From Coleofasciculus sp. B1-GNL1-01 (GTDB taxonomy: Bacteria > Cyanobacteriota > Cyanobacteriia > Cyanobacteriales > Coleofasciculaceae): a stretch of DNA of 54,735 nucleotides. The stretch lies in assembly GCA_040220235.1 (NCBI GenBank), contig JAVJTO010000069.1, one strand, 5' to 3'. Under the pieces are notes generated by a model. That model saw only the letters and a list, made by a program, of their open reading frames with translations, ran no database searches and was not told where the DNA came from. Within the stretch, counting starts at the first letter, position 1; the number at the start of each line of letters is the position of its first letter. A program made the translations under genes and the position numbers. Positions 21,280 to 31,080 of the stretch are shown in pieces.

Positions 21280-21674
21280 TCGCGTCTCCCGCTTTACCGT
21301 TCACTCTTGTCTATTGCTAATTTCTATATGAAAATTTCCTGTCTGATGCGGAACCTTTTGTGCTTTCCCTGACATGCTCCCTCTACATTTTCGTGTATGT
21401 CCTCGACTGAGGAACCGCTCTCTCTTAAATTTTTAAACATTCACCTCACCTATTGTTCAATGGAAAGGGGCAGATGGCAAGATGGCGGATACTGTTTCAG
21501 TTCGACAACGCGGGTGATTAGACAGCTATGGCGATTGAAATCGCTGCTACACAAACAAAGTCCGCCTACGCGGACTAAACTATAATAGGGGTAAAAAACT
21601 CTGATTTAGGATTATTATTGATCAAGGGAGGTTTACAGTTACAAGATAAATAGATTTTAAAGAGTTTAATTAAT

Positions 21675-22313
21675 ATGACTCAATCTCTAGCTATTTCTCA
21701 AGCCATTACTAATATGGCTCAACTTCAGGAGCGGTTTACACTGAACCCAGCCGACAGTGATCTCTTTTTTCCGGAGTGGCATGATAATTTACCAGAGTTA
21801 ACCGAAACAGAACGAGCATTTCTAGATAAGATTAAACGCCGCTTTGTGCGCCATCGAATGCAGGGGGAGTTGGCGGAAGCAACAGTCAATATGCTGATTG
21901 TTGCTCACCTGTTGGAGTTGGCAGGGTTGGATGATGAACCGTTTTTAATCACTAATGAGTATTCCGTAGACGTTGTGCTAGAGGAACGAGATGAAAAGCT
22001 ACGGGGTCGGATTGATACATTAGTGTTTCAACGGCAGTTTTGGAGTGCGGTAATAGAATCAAAGAAGTCGATTTCCTTTGAAGCCGGAATTCCTCAAGCG
22101 TTGGCTTATATGATGACAACTCCTCAAAGTGATAAACCGCTTTATGGGATGATCACCGATGGAGGGTTGTATATGTTTATTAAGCTGGTGAACCGAGACC
22201 CAGCTATCTATGATTTTTCTGATGTCTTCTCCCTGTTGTTATTGCGACAGAATAAGCTTTATGATGTGCTACAGGTATTAAAGCGATTGGCAAGTGTTCT
22301 GCAAGAGAGTTAA
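21675..22313 (+). CDS. Stand-alone HsdR N-terminal-like (PD-(D/E)xK) protein
   Basis: LRGRIDTLV...IESK...PQALAYM...YGMITDG. No helicase, hsdM or hsdS nearby. Confidence 0.75.
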   Translation: MTQSLAISQAITNMAQLQERFTLNPADSDLFFPEWHDNLPELTETERAFLDKIKRRFVRHRMQGELAEATVNMLIVAHLLELAGLDDEPFLITNEYSVDVVLEERDEKLRGRIDTLVFQRQFWSAVIESKKSISFEAGIPQALAYMMTTPQSDKPLYGMITDGGLYMFIKLVNRDPAIYDFSDVFSLLLLRQNKLYDVLQVLKRLASVLQES

Positions 22314-22356
22314 ACAAATTTCTTGGGGGAAATCCGGTTGAATTTTTTCTGCCTTT

Positions 22357-22470
22357 GCTCCCTCTGCTCCCCCAGCTCCCTCTGCTTCCCCAGCTCCCTC
22401 TGCTCCCCCAGCTCCCTCTGCTCCCCCAGCTCCCTCTGCTCCCCCAGCTCCCTCTGCTCCCCCAGCTCCC
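22357..22470. repeat. 18-bp tandem repeat GCTCCCTCTGCTCCCCCA x ~6
   Basis: Direct tandem copies with no spacers. Confidence 0.92.
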
Positions 22471-22475
22471 CTACT

Positions 22476-23117
22476 TTACTCCTTCCCACCAGCGCCGGGA
22501 TGTTCTCGCCCAGGAACGCTCTCCAGTGCTGTCAGCGCCGCCTGCGAACCTGCCAAAATATCTCGTTCTTCACCGCCCAAGTAGAGGCGTCCAAAACTGC
22601 CTACTGCCGAAATTTGCAAGATATTAATTAAGGCGGCTTTCTCGGCTTCATTAGCGGCTAAAGCAGCATAAGCGGCTGGTGCGACTTCTAAAACATACAA
22701 AGTTTGTCCTGCCAAAATCATCTGTCCCCGTCTGGTGCGATTAATCAGTTGAGTTTGGTGGGGGTCAATATTGCGAATAATTTGGCTAGAGACAACTCGC
22801 GGTTTAAGACGTTCTCGTTCACCGACGCCTAGGGCGGCTAAAATCGCTTTTCCCGCCGCCCTGGTTTCGCCTTGTTTATTCGCATGGACTTCCAGAACCC
22901 CATAGAGTCGTTCCACCATCTGCACGGCGGGACGTACAGAGGTCGATTTGAGCGCCACATCGGTAATCCGGTTAATTTCGATACCGGGTGAGATTTCAAT
23001 CCATAGCGACGTATCCCCAGGTAATGGCAAGAACCCTAGCGCCACAGTCCCCATATATGCCGCATGCTGCGGCTGTAAGCTATCTATATAGACGTAGGAT
23101 CGCAATTCTATAGCCAA
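22476..23117 (-). CDS. ccmP: Tandem-BMC carboxysome shell protein CcmP
   Basis: 213 aa; [47 protein letters not shown]. Confidence 0.88.
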   Translation of the reverse strand: MAIELRSYVYIDSLQPQHAAYMGTVALGFLPLPGDTSLWIEISPGIEINRITDVALKSTSVRPAVQMVERLYGVLEVHANKQGETRAAGKAILAALGVGERERLKPRVVSSQIIRNIDPHQTQLINRTRRGQMILAGQTLYVLEVAPAAYAALAANEAEKAALINILQISAVGSFGRLYLGGEERDILAGSQAALTALESVPGREHPGAGGKE

Positions 23118-23439
23118 GGTTATTTCTCCGTAGATTGGGGGTCATAAGGCTGGAATAAGCAACATTTGAGTTTACCTGAAAACGTTAGCGATCGCGATTT
23201 TTCCTGGAAAGTCGCTAAACCTAGTCTAAGAAGGCAGAAATAACTGAACAGCACTATCTCCCCCAGCTTCCCCAGCTTCATCGTATCTACGAAGCTGCTC
23301 AAGTATTTCCAAGGGCGCTGCACTAGGGAGAGGTTCGCTCCAGGGGTGTGGGAAGGGGTCTGATATCAAATCCGGTTAAACTAATCTCACTAAAAGCGGA
23401 CTGGATTATAAAGGGGGTAGTAAACCTAGATCAGGACAA

Positions 23440-24378
23440 ATGACAAATCGCCAAAATGCTAAAATCTTCTCCCAGCTTGCTAAATTACTCAATTCGGGTA
23501 TAAATCTACAGCAAAGCTTAACCCTGGTGGGAAATGATTTAAACCCAGCCGTTAAACGCTATTTACAGAAAGTCAGTCTCGCTGTTGGTTCGGGTCAAGA
23601 TTTCGCCACCGCCTTAACCTGTGAACGCCGTTATTTTAACCGTTGGACGATTAGCTTAATTCGTTTAGCTGAATATAGCGGTTCTCTACCCCAAACCTGT
23701 CAAATCCTCGCCGAAGACGCTGAAACGCAAGCGAGACAGGAACGATTATATGGGTCGGTAAAACGTTCAGCTATAGCGACAATTTGGGGATTTTTGGTGT
23801 TAACGGCGGCTATTTTTAACCCGAATGCAACAGGAATTATTAAACCAGAGTTTTGGTTAAGAGGGTTAGCGATCGCGCTGCTATTATGGGTGATGATCGT
23901 CCTATTGTCTCGCTTTTCTAGTCCCTTGTGGCTGCAACTGGTGAGACGGCTACCTATTTTCGGGCAAATTGTGCAGGCGCGATCGCTCATTTATCTGGCT
24001 AAGTTACGATTACCGTTAAGTTGTGGGGTTTCTATCCTCACCGCCTTGGATTTACTGCGAGACCATATCCCAGATAGGGTAATGAAAGGCAAACTCTCTT
24101 GGGCTAGACGGCGCGTTCGCATGGGTCAACCATTGAGTCAGAGTCTCCAGGGTAAATTACCCGCAACAGCGCTACAGATGATTAGCACGGGGGAAGAAAG
24201 CGGAAACTTGGATCAGACGCTGGAAACCTTAGCCCAACACTATGACAGCGAATTGGAACAACGACTGCGATCGCTACAGGTTAGTTTACGACTTTTAAGC
24301 CTGATGGTGATGGGCTGTTTGGTGGCGGTGGTGGGTGTGCGAGGGATATCTGTGCTGCTGGATTCTTTCCCGGAGTGA
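23440..24378 (+). CDS. Type II secretion F / PilC-family membrane protein
   Basis: Two T2SSF repeats (QLAKLLNSGI..AEYSGSL; SCGVSIL..GEESGNLD). Confidence 0.88.
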   Translation: MTNRQNAKIFSQLAKLLNSGINLQQSLTLVGNDLNPAVKRYLQKVSLAVGSGQDFATALTCERRYFNRWTISLIRLAEYSGSLPQTCQILAEDAETQARQERLYGSVKRSAIATIWGFLVLTAAIFNPNATGIIKPEFWLRGLAIALLLWVMIVLLSRFSSPLWLQLVRRLPIFGQIVQARSLIYLAKLRLPLSCGVSILTALDLLRDHIPDRVMKGKLSWARRRVRMGQPLSQSLQGKLPATALQMISTGEESGNLDQTLETLAQHYDSELEQRLRSLQVSLRLLSLMVMGCLVAVVGVRGISVLLDSFPE

Positions 24379-24543
24379 ATGTTTTTAACGCAGAGGTTCG
24401 CAGAGGCTAGCGCAGAGGTACGCAGAGGGTTTCGGGGGATTGGCGGAAAGCGCGATCGCATCAGCTATTGTAGATTTCAGTTCTTGCACCATTGGCTTTG
24501 GTGGGAAAGATACTTATCCGACAAAAAACTAAATGAAGGGATT

Positions 24544-25836
24544 ATGTATATTAATGAAATTGGAATGATTAATATCCGCTCAATTGAAAATTTATATTGG
24601 AAGATAGGTTTAGAGCAGTGTGCGGGATGGCACGTAGTTATTGGTGATAATGGTTCAGGTAAGTCAACTTTATTACGCGCTATTGCATTAGCTTTGTTTG
24701 GCCCGACTAATGCTATTGCACTTCGGCAAAATTGGAATGAGTGGTTAAACAAAAATGAAGACTATGGAGACAATGAAAATCCTGGGGAAATTTATGTCCA
24801 TTTATTGTATGATAGCCGTTTTGACAAAATACCTGGAGGGGATAAATCGATTGGATTTCATGGTTTTCCTGTTTTGATTGAATTTATCAAGAGCAAAAAT
24901 GATGTCAAAATAGACGATCTAGAAGTAGATGGGTATAATCCTAGACGAGGTTTATGGGGAAAAAGAGCTTGCTGGTTTTCGGCTGGCTTTGGTCCCTTTC
25001 GACGCTTCAGGGGTGGAAATAAAGATTATGACGAGCTTTTCTCCTCTAATCCAAAAGTAGCCGCACACTTATCGTTGTTTGGTGAAGATGTAGCTCTAAC
25101 TGAATGTTTACAGTGGCTGCAAGAGTTACAATTCAAGAAACTGGAAGGTGATCCAGAAGGAAACCTGATTGATTCTGTGAAAGAGTTTGTGAATCAAAGT
25201 GAATTTTTGCCGCATCAAGCGCGTCTGGAACACGTTTCCTCTAAGGGGGTTGAATTTGTTGATGGCAATGGTTGTCGATTGCCAGTTGAGGAATTGAGTG
25301 ATGGGTATCGCTCGATTTTAAGCCTAACCTTTGAACTGATTCGCCAACTTACTAGAGTTTACGGTTATGAATCTATTTTTGATTCCAATGACAAAACAAA
25401 AATTATTCCTCCTGGTGTTGTCCTCATCGATGAAATTGATGCTCACCTTCATCCTACTTGGCAACGGCGAGTCGGGATTTGGTTTCGAGAACATTTTCCC
25501 AATCTTCAATTTATTGTCACAACCCATAGTCCTCTAATCTGCCAAGCCGCAACCGTGGGAACAGTCTGGCGTTTACCTAAACCAGGTAGTAACGAATCAG
25601 GGGGTATGGTAACGGGAAAAGATTTAGATCGCTTACTGTATGGTAATGTCTTAGATGCGTATGGTACAGAAGCATTTGGTGCAGATGTGACGCGATCAGA
25701 CGAATCAAAAAAGCGGTTAAAACGGTTGGCTGAGTTGAATCGGAAGGAACTGCGTGAACAACTCAGTGAAGATGAGCGAAATGAACAAGAAAAACTGCGG
25801 GCAATGATGCCAACTTCACCCCATAAAGTCTGCTAA
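24544..25836 (+). CDS. ABC/AAA_21 ATPase, PtuA-like
   Basis: Walker A GDNGSGKS, signature LSDGYR, Walker B VLIDEIDAHLHP, H-loop TTHSP. ATG 24544 follows GAAGGG. Confidence 0.88.
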   Translation: MYINEIGMINIRSIENLYWKIGLEQCAGWHVVIGDNGSGKSTLLRAIALALFGPTNAIALRQNWNEWLNKNEDYGDNENPGEIYVHLLYDSRFDKIPGGDKSIGFHGFPVLIEFIKSKNDVKIDDLEVDGYNPRRGLWGKRACWFSAGFGPFRRFRGGNKDYDELFSSNPKVAAHLSLFGEDVALTECLQWLQELQFKKLEGDPEGNLIDSVKEFVNQSEFLPHQARLEHVSSKGVEFVDGNGCRLPVEELSDGYRSILSLTFELIRQLTRVYGYESIFDSNDKTKIIPPGVVLIDEIDAHLHPTWQRRVGIWFREHFPNLQFIVTTHSPLICQAATVGTVWRLPKPGSNESGGMVTGKDLDRLLYGNVLDAYGTEAFGADVTRSDESKKRLKRLAELNRKELREQLSEDERNEQEKLRAMMPTSPHKVC

Positions 25837-26081
25837 TAAGATGCTCATTGGATAGAAAAAACCTATAAAAATATAATTTATAGGAGCATGTTTTACGATA
25901 ACATGAGCGTGGTACATCTAAATTGGATGAATGACGATCACATCCAAAAACCGTAGGGTCGCAAAGCTTTGCGCCCGATTCAATGGTCAAATCTATTCCA
26001 CAATTGTAGCTGTGTCAGTCCAATACAGTGCGATAGATACTCCGAATGAATAAATCAGCCCTAATCTGAAGTGTCACAACA

Positions 26082-26891
26082 ATGATACGGCTTCCACATC
26101 AAAATTTACCTAAAACGGCTCAAAACCAATTAAATGTATGGCAAAACGAAATTAACGGTATAGAAAATTACGCCAAAAGAGTTGATCAGGGAAAAAAAGC
26201 ATTTGCCAGACGTAACAAATCAAAAAACCCCACCTTTCGCCAAGTGCGTCAAACTTTAACTCAAATGTGTTGTGGCGCTCGTCGCTGTGGTTATTGTGAA
26301 GATTCTGTCGCTGATGAAGTGGAGCATATTAAACCCAAGGATCTATATCCTGAAGCTGTTTTTGTCTGGGAAAATTATTTATATGCTTGCGGTCAATGTA
26401 ATGGCGGCAAAAATAATAAGTATGCTGTTTTTTCGGATAAAACGGGTCAACTGAGGGAAGTTGCGCGAAGACGGGGCGCTCCGGTGGTGGAGCCAGAACA
26501 GGGAGAGCCAGTCCTTATCGATCCGCGAAAGGAAGATCCGATGGATTTTCTGGAAATTGACTTAATTGATACCTTCTATTTTTTGCCCAGATATTCTCTA
26601 GATTCAAAAGATTATCAACGAGCAGACTATACGATTGAGGTATTACGCTTAAATGACCGAGACTATCTAGTCGAAGCCAGAAAAGAAGCATTTTACAACT
26701 ATCGGGCAAGATTGGGTGAATATATTAAGAAAAAGGAAACAGACACCCTTTCAGATCAACTCAAGCCTATGATTACAGCATTACAAAGAATGCAACATCC
26801 CACAATTTGGAAAGAAATGCAGCGTCAGCAACAGTTTCTCTCAGAGTTGAAAGAGTTATTTGATTTAGCGCCAGAAGCACTCACTTGGTAG
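26082..26891 (+). CDS. HNH endonuclease, PtuB-like
   Basis: RCGYCE..EVEHIKPK..WENYLYACGQCNGGK, then LIDP..EDP. Confidence 0.85.
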   Translation: MIRLPHQNLPKTAQNQLNVWQNEINGIENYAKRVDQGKKAFARRNKSKNPTFRQVRQTLTQMCCGARRCGYCEDSVADEVEHIKPKDLYPEAVFVWENYLYACGQCNGGKNNKYAVFSDKTGQLREVARRRGAPVVEPEQGEPVLIDPRKEDPMDFLEIDLIDTFYFLPRYSLDSKDYQRADYTIEVLRLNDRDYLVEARKEAFYNYRARLGEYIKKKETDTLSDQLKPMITALQRMQHPTIWKEMQRQQQFLSELKELFDLAPEALTW

Positions 26892-27045
26892 AAATGAAAA
26901 AGGTTAATGCTGCTTGCAAAATAACTACAGGTATAATAAACTTATTACACAGTATGGCATGATACAAAGGCTATTGGACAAAGGGCAAAAAACAAAGGGC
27001 AAATGACAAATGACAAATGCCCCTGTATTTGTTGTCAGCAATTGA

Positions 27046-28203
27046 TTATCCGATCGCGTCTTGGGGTTGCTGCTGTACCAGTTCCTGCAATTTGTCCCGA
27101 TGTTCCTTCGCCTCTGTATTGTTCGGGTTAATACGTAGGGCTTCATCAAAGGATGCGATCGCGTCATGATACCGTTCCAGCAGGGCGAGGGCGATTCCCC
27201 GGTTATACCAGCCCACCTCACTATCAGAATCAAGTTCTAACATCCGATCATAAGAGTTCAAGGCGTCTGCGTAGCGATCTAAACGGAGTAAAGCATTCCC
27301 TCGCTTAAACCAGCCACCCACATCATCAGGTATCAGTTGCACTACTCGGTCATAAGTGGCAAAAATTTCCCAATCATCCCCGTCTAAGTTTTCGAGAATA
27401 ATGCCCTTGTTATACCAAGCATTAGCATTCTCTGGATTAATTAATAACACCCGTTCAAAAGCTTTGAGAGCAGTATTATTTTGCTCCATTTCAAGCAACG
27501 CCAGACCGCGCATGAACCAACCTGGCTCACTATTTGGATTAATGCGGACGACTTCGGCAAATGACGTTTCTGCTTCTGGATAACGTTCTAATTCAACCAG
27601 GATATAACCGCGATTGAACCACGCCCGTTCGTAGTCTGGATCGATGCGAACAGCTTGATTATAAGCCTCTAATGCCTCTTGATCACGTTCCAGCCGTCCC
27701 AGGGTAATTCCCCGATGGAACCAAGCCCAATCACTGTTAGGATTTACTTTCAAGGCTTGATCATAAGCAGCGAGCGCATCTTCAGGTTTGCCTGTATCAT
27801 CTAAAGCCATACCTAAGCCAACCCAAGCCCCAACTAAACTGGGATCAAATTCCGTGGCTTGAGTGAACGCTGTAACGGCTTCTGGATACTTCTCCAAGCC
27901 ATATAGAGCAAACCCGCGACCCATCCAAGCATCAGCGCTCTCCCCATTGATTCCAATGGCTTTGTCATAAGCTTTAACGGCTTCAGCATAGTTTCCGGCT
28001 TTGATTAAAGACATTCCTTTATTGAGCCAGTTGACCAACTCTCTAGATGGGGTTTGAGCAATCTGAGGATTTTCCAGTTCCAGCATATAAGGATTTGGTG
28101 TACCCTCTGGACTGTACCGTAGAGTCGCTAGGGCAGAGGTTGAGGTGGAGACACTTGCTAAGAGGGTTAAAACGGCTGTCAGTCCAATGTGCTTGAGTTG
28201 CAT
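27046..28203 (-). CDS. Secreted tetratricopeptide repeat protein
   Basis: Signal peptide and about 9 TPRs (AWxxRG...A..AY..A). Confidence 0.92.
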   Translation of the reverse strand: MQLKHIGLTAVLTLLASVSTSTSALATLRYSPEGTPNPYMLELENPQIAQTPSRELVNWLNKGMSLIKAGNYAEAVKAYDKAIGINGESADAWMGRGFALYGLEKYPEAVTAFTQATEFDPSLVGAWVGLGMALDDTGKPEDALAAYDQALKVNPNSDWAWFHRGITLGRLERDQEALEAYNQAVRIDPDYERAWFNRGYILVELERYPEAETSFAEVVRINPNSEPGWFMRGLALLEMEQNNTALKAFERVLLINPENANAWYNKGIILENLDGDDWEIFATYDRVVQLIPDDVGGWFKRGNALLRLDRYADALNSYDRMLELDSDSEVGWYNRGIALALLERYHDAIASFDEALRINPNNTEAKEHRDKLQELVQQQPQDAIG

Positions 28204-28439
28204 GGTAGATATCCTTGATATATCGCTTTCAATGGCATCTATCTCTGAGGGGTAGATACCTTATGCACAATCTGAGCAAAGATGCGGGGGTGCGGGGGTG
28301 CAGAGGTGCAGAGGTGCAGGGGAGATAAGGAATAATTTCTCCAATCCCAACGAACCATGAACCATCAACCATGAACCCCAAAAAAATATATAATCCGCCT
28401 CAGCCATAAGATAGGCTGTATCTGGACAGACGTAGCATC

Positions 28440-29984
28440 GTGATGACCAGCGCTTACATCCTGATTGTGGCAATATTACTGTTGGGAGGAGTCCTCGCAA
28501 CTTTAGGCGATCGCATTGGTACGAAAGTTGGCAAGGCGCGGCTGAGTTTATTTAACTTACGTCCTCGTAAAACGGCGACGGTGGTCACGATTATGACCGG
28601 ATGTTTGATTTCTGCCTCAACTTTGGGTATTCTCTTCGGTCTGAGTGAATCCCTGCGGGAAGGGGTGTTTCAACTGGATAACATTCTGCGACAACTTAGA
28701 CATGCGCGTCGGGATGTGGAAGTTGTTAATGCCCAGAAACAACAAGTAGAGGGCGAACTGGCTAAAACTAGAGCCGAGCAAGCCAAAGTGCAACAGCGTC
28801 TGGATGAACTGAACAGCAATTTCCAGAAGGCTCAAGCTCAACTGCGAGATATCTCAAAACAGGCAAGTAATCTACGTTCAGAAATTCAGTTACTCTTGGC
28901 TGAACGTGGGCAGTTAATTGAGCAACGGAATCAACTGAGGACAGACATTAGCCAGCTTAAAGAGTTAGTGGCTCAACGGGATCAGGAACTGGAGGAAACC
29001 AGCCAGCAACTGGCGCTAAAAAACCAGCAACTTGAGCAGAGAAATCAACAACTGAGGGAAAAAGAGCAGGAACTCGCCCAAAAAGATAACGTGATTGAAA
29101 CCATGGCTGAACGGGAAGCCCGTCTCCAGGAAGCGATCGCCCAACGGGAAGCCCGTCTTCAAGAACTGCAAGCCGAACTCAAAGAGGCGATCGCCCAACG
29201 GGAAGTTCGCTTGGCTCAACTGGAAGAGGAACTTGCCCAACGGGAACTCCTCATCGCCCAACGCACCCAACAACTCCAAGAGCAAGAACAACAACTGGCG
29301 TTTTTAGAACGGCAAGTCGATATTCTGGAGCAGTATTATCAAAACTATCAAGCCCTGCGTCAGGGCAATGTGGCAATTTTGCGCGGTCAAGTGCTGGCAT
29401 TTGGCGTGGTGCGTATTGTTGAACCGTCAGCCGCATCTGAGGCGGTTGATCAACTTTTACGGGAAGCCAATCGAACCGCCACGGAAATTATTTTGCCCGG
29501 ATCTGAGGAACCGCAGGAACCCCTGATTCAAATTACTCAAGCCCAAGCCGAACAGTTAATCGAGCAAATTCAAGATGGTCGAGATTATGTGGTGCGAATT
29601 CTCTCCGCCGGAAACTATGTGGTTGGCGAAAAACCGATTCAAGCCTTTGCTGATGCAGCGCTTAATCAAATGGTGTTTGACGCAGGGGAAGTGTTAGCCG
29701 CTGTTTCTATCGATGCTTCAACCTTGACGAATAAGGCACTGCAACAGCGCATTGATCAGTTACTCGCCGCCTCTCAGTTTCGCGCCCGTCGCGCTGGAGT
29801 CCTCGGTCCGATTCAAGTTGCAGATGGTGATCCGTCTACCCTGATTCGCTTTATAGAACAGTTAGCCGAATCTGAGCAACCTCTGGCGGTGAGAGCGATC
29901 GCCCAAGACCAAACCTCTACAGCAGGACCGTTGAAAATGCAGTTAGTCGCCATTCAGAATGGACAAATCGTTTTTAGCACTTAA
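28440..29984 (+). CDS. DUF3084-family coiled-coil membrane protein
   Basis: LATLGDRIGTKVGKARLSLFNLRPRKTA followed by a long coiled coil. Confidence 0.88.
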   Translation: MMTSAYILIVAILLLGGVLATLGDRIGTKVGKARLSLFNLRPRKTATVVTIMTGCLISASTLGILFGLSESLREGVFQLDNILRQLRHARRDVEVVNAQKQQVEGELAKTRAEQAKVQQRLDELNSNFQKAQAQLRDISKQASNLRSEIQLLLAERGQLIEQRNQLRTDISQLKELVAQRDQELEETSQQLALKNQQLEQRNQQLREKEQELAQKDNVIETMAEREARLQEAIAQREARLQELQAELKEAIAQREVRLAQLEEELAQRELLIAQRTQQLQEQEQQLAFLERQVDILEQYYQNYQALRQGNVAILRGQVLAFGVVRIVEPSAASEAVDQLLREANRTATEIILPGSEEPQEPLIQITQAQAEQLIEQIQDGRDYVVRILSAGNYVVGEKPIQAFADAALNQMVFDAGEVLAAVSIDASTLTNKALQQRIDQLLAASQFRARRAGVLGPIQVADGDPSTLIRFIEQLAESEQPLAVRAIAQDQTSTAGPLKMQLVAIQNGQIVFST

Positions 29985-30255
29985 GCACCCTTACTGTTCC
30001 CTGTTACGAGTTCCCTAATCTCAACCGTTAACTTTAATGAAAGTCCACCTACTTAGGGCTTGCTGCACAAAGCCAAAACCGCAAAACCCATCAATACTTT
30101 GAGCTTTATTGACAGAGGGTTTGATTCAAGGAAATCGGGTAGCATCCTTCATAAGTATGGCATCACCTTGCTCAGGACAAATGTACCCTTGCTTCCCCAG
30201 CTTCCCCCGCTTCCCCCGCTCTCCCTCACCACAACACTTATTCAGCAGACCTTAC

Positions 30256-30885
30256 TTATTGATGCATCTTACCATCTGGCAAAACAGCGCCTGTGAGTAC
30301 GGCGGCTTTAAAGTTAGCCCCCATAACAATTGCCCCTCGCAGATCAGCAACCATCAAAATTGCCTTGGATACATCAGCGCGAATCAAACAAGCTTGACTA
30401 AGATCAGCACCCCTCATATCCGCCCCTTGTAGGATTGCCCCAATTAAATCCGCATTCTTTAAGCTTGCCCAATGTAAAATAGCTTGGTGCAGCATCGCGC
30501 CATGTAAATCCGCTTGATAAAGACAGGCTTGGGCAAGATTGGCAAACATCAAGCTAGCTTCCCGCAGGTGCGCTTCTGTCAAATTAGCCCGTTTTAAGTT
30601 ACATTCAATCAACGTGGCTCTGACTAACTCAGCCGCCGTTAAATTGGCATCGTTGAGTTCAGCTTTGCTTAAATTAGCGACACTTAAGTTGGCTTGACTC
30701 AGATTGGCTTCGCTCAGGTTTGATCCTTTTAAACTAGCACCACTAAGATTAGCACCGCTCAAGTCGCTGCGCCTCAGATTCGCCCCATTGAGAATTGCTT
30801 CAGTCAGATAGGCTCCCCGGAGTTCAACTCCCTCAAAATCTCGCTCTCCGGCAGCATAACCCTTTAGCAATTCAGCAGCATCCAT
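30256..30885 (-). CDS. Pentapeptide repeat protein
   Basis: MDAAELLKGYAAGERDF followed by A(N/D)L repeats. Confidence 0.93.
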   Translation of the reverse strand: MDAAELLKGYAAGERDFEGVELRGAYLTEAILNGANLRRSDLSGANLSGASLKGSNLSEANLSQANLSVANLSKAELNDANLTAAELVRATLIECNLKRANLTEAHLREASLMFANLAQACLYQADLHGAMLHQAILHWASLKNADLIGAILQGADMRGADLSQACLIRADVSKAILMVADLRGAIVMGANFKAAVLTGAVLPDGKMHQ

Positions 30886-31080
30886 AAAAATTCCCAGGTC
30901 TTAGCCTCTCGCTAACGTCCTAATTCATCAGTGATTTGAGGCAGTTGCACCTGGTTGGGATGGGATTATCCTTGATTTACCTAGTATGAATAGAATAATC
31001 AGGATAACTTACATGAGTCACGATATGCACCCAAGCTAGATATCATACTCTATTCGGACTCCTGTATGATACCGTTTTTG

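Noticed and set aside
21675..22313. Complete type I restriction-modification system
   Set aside because: Only a short nuclease-like domain is present; no hsdM, hsdS or helicase.
22323..22631. ORFs with LPLLPQ / SSLCSP repeats; possible CRISPR-like array
   Set aside because: They are translations of an 18-bp tandem repeat with no spacers, overlapping ccmP antisense.
24379..24543. N-terminal extension of the ATPase
   Set aside because: It consists of CGCAGAG repeats and low-quality sequence. The ATPase fold begins at ATG 24544 after an RBS.
24544..26891. Retron (Ec78-like)
   Set aside because: No reverse transcriptase in the window and no msr/msd-like inverted-repeat layout that I can support.
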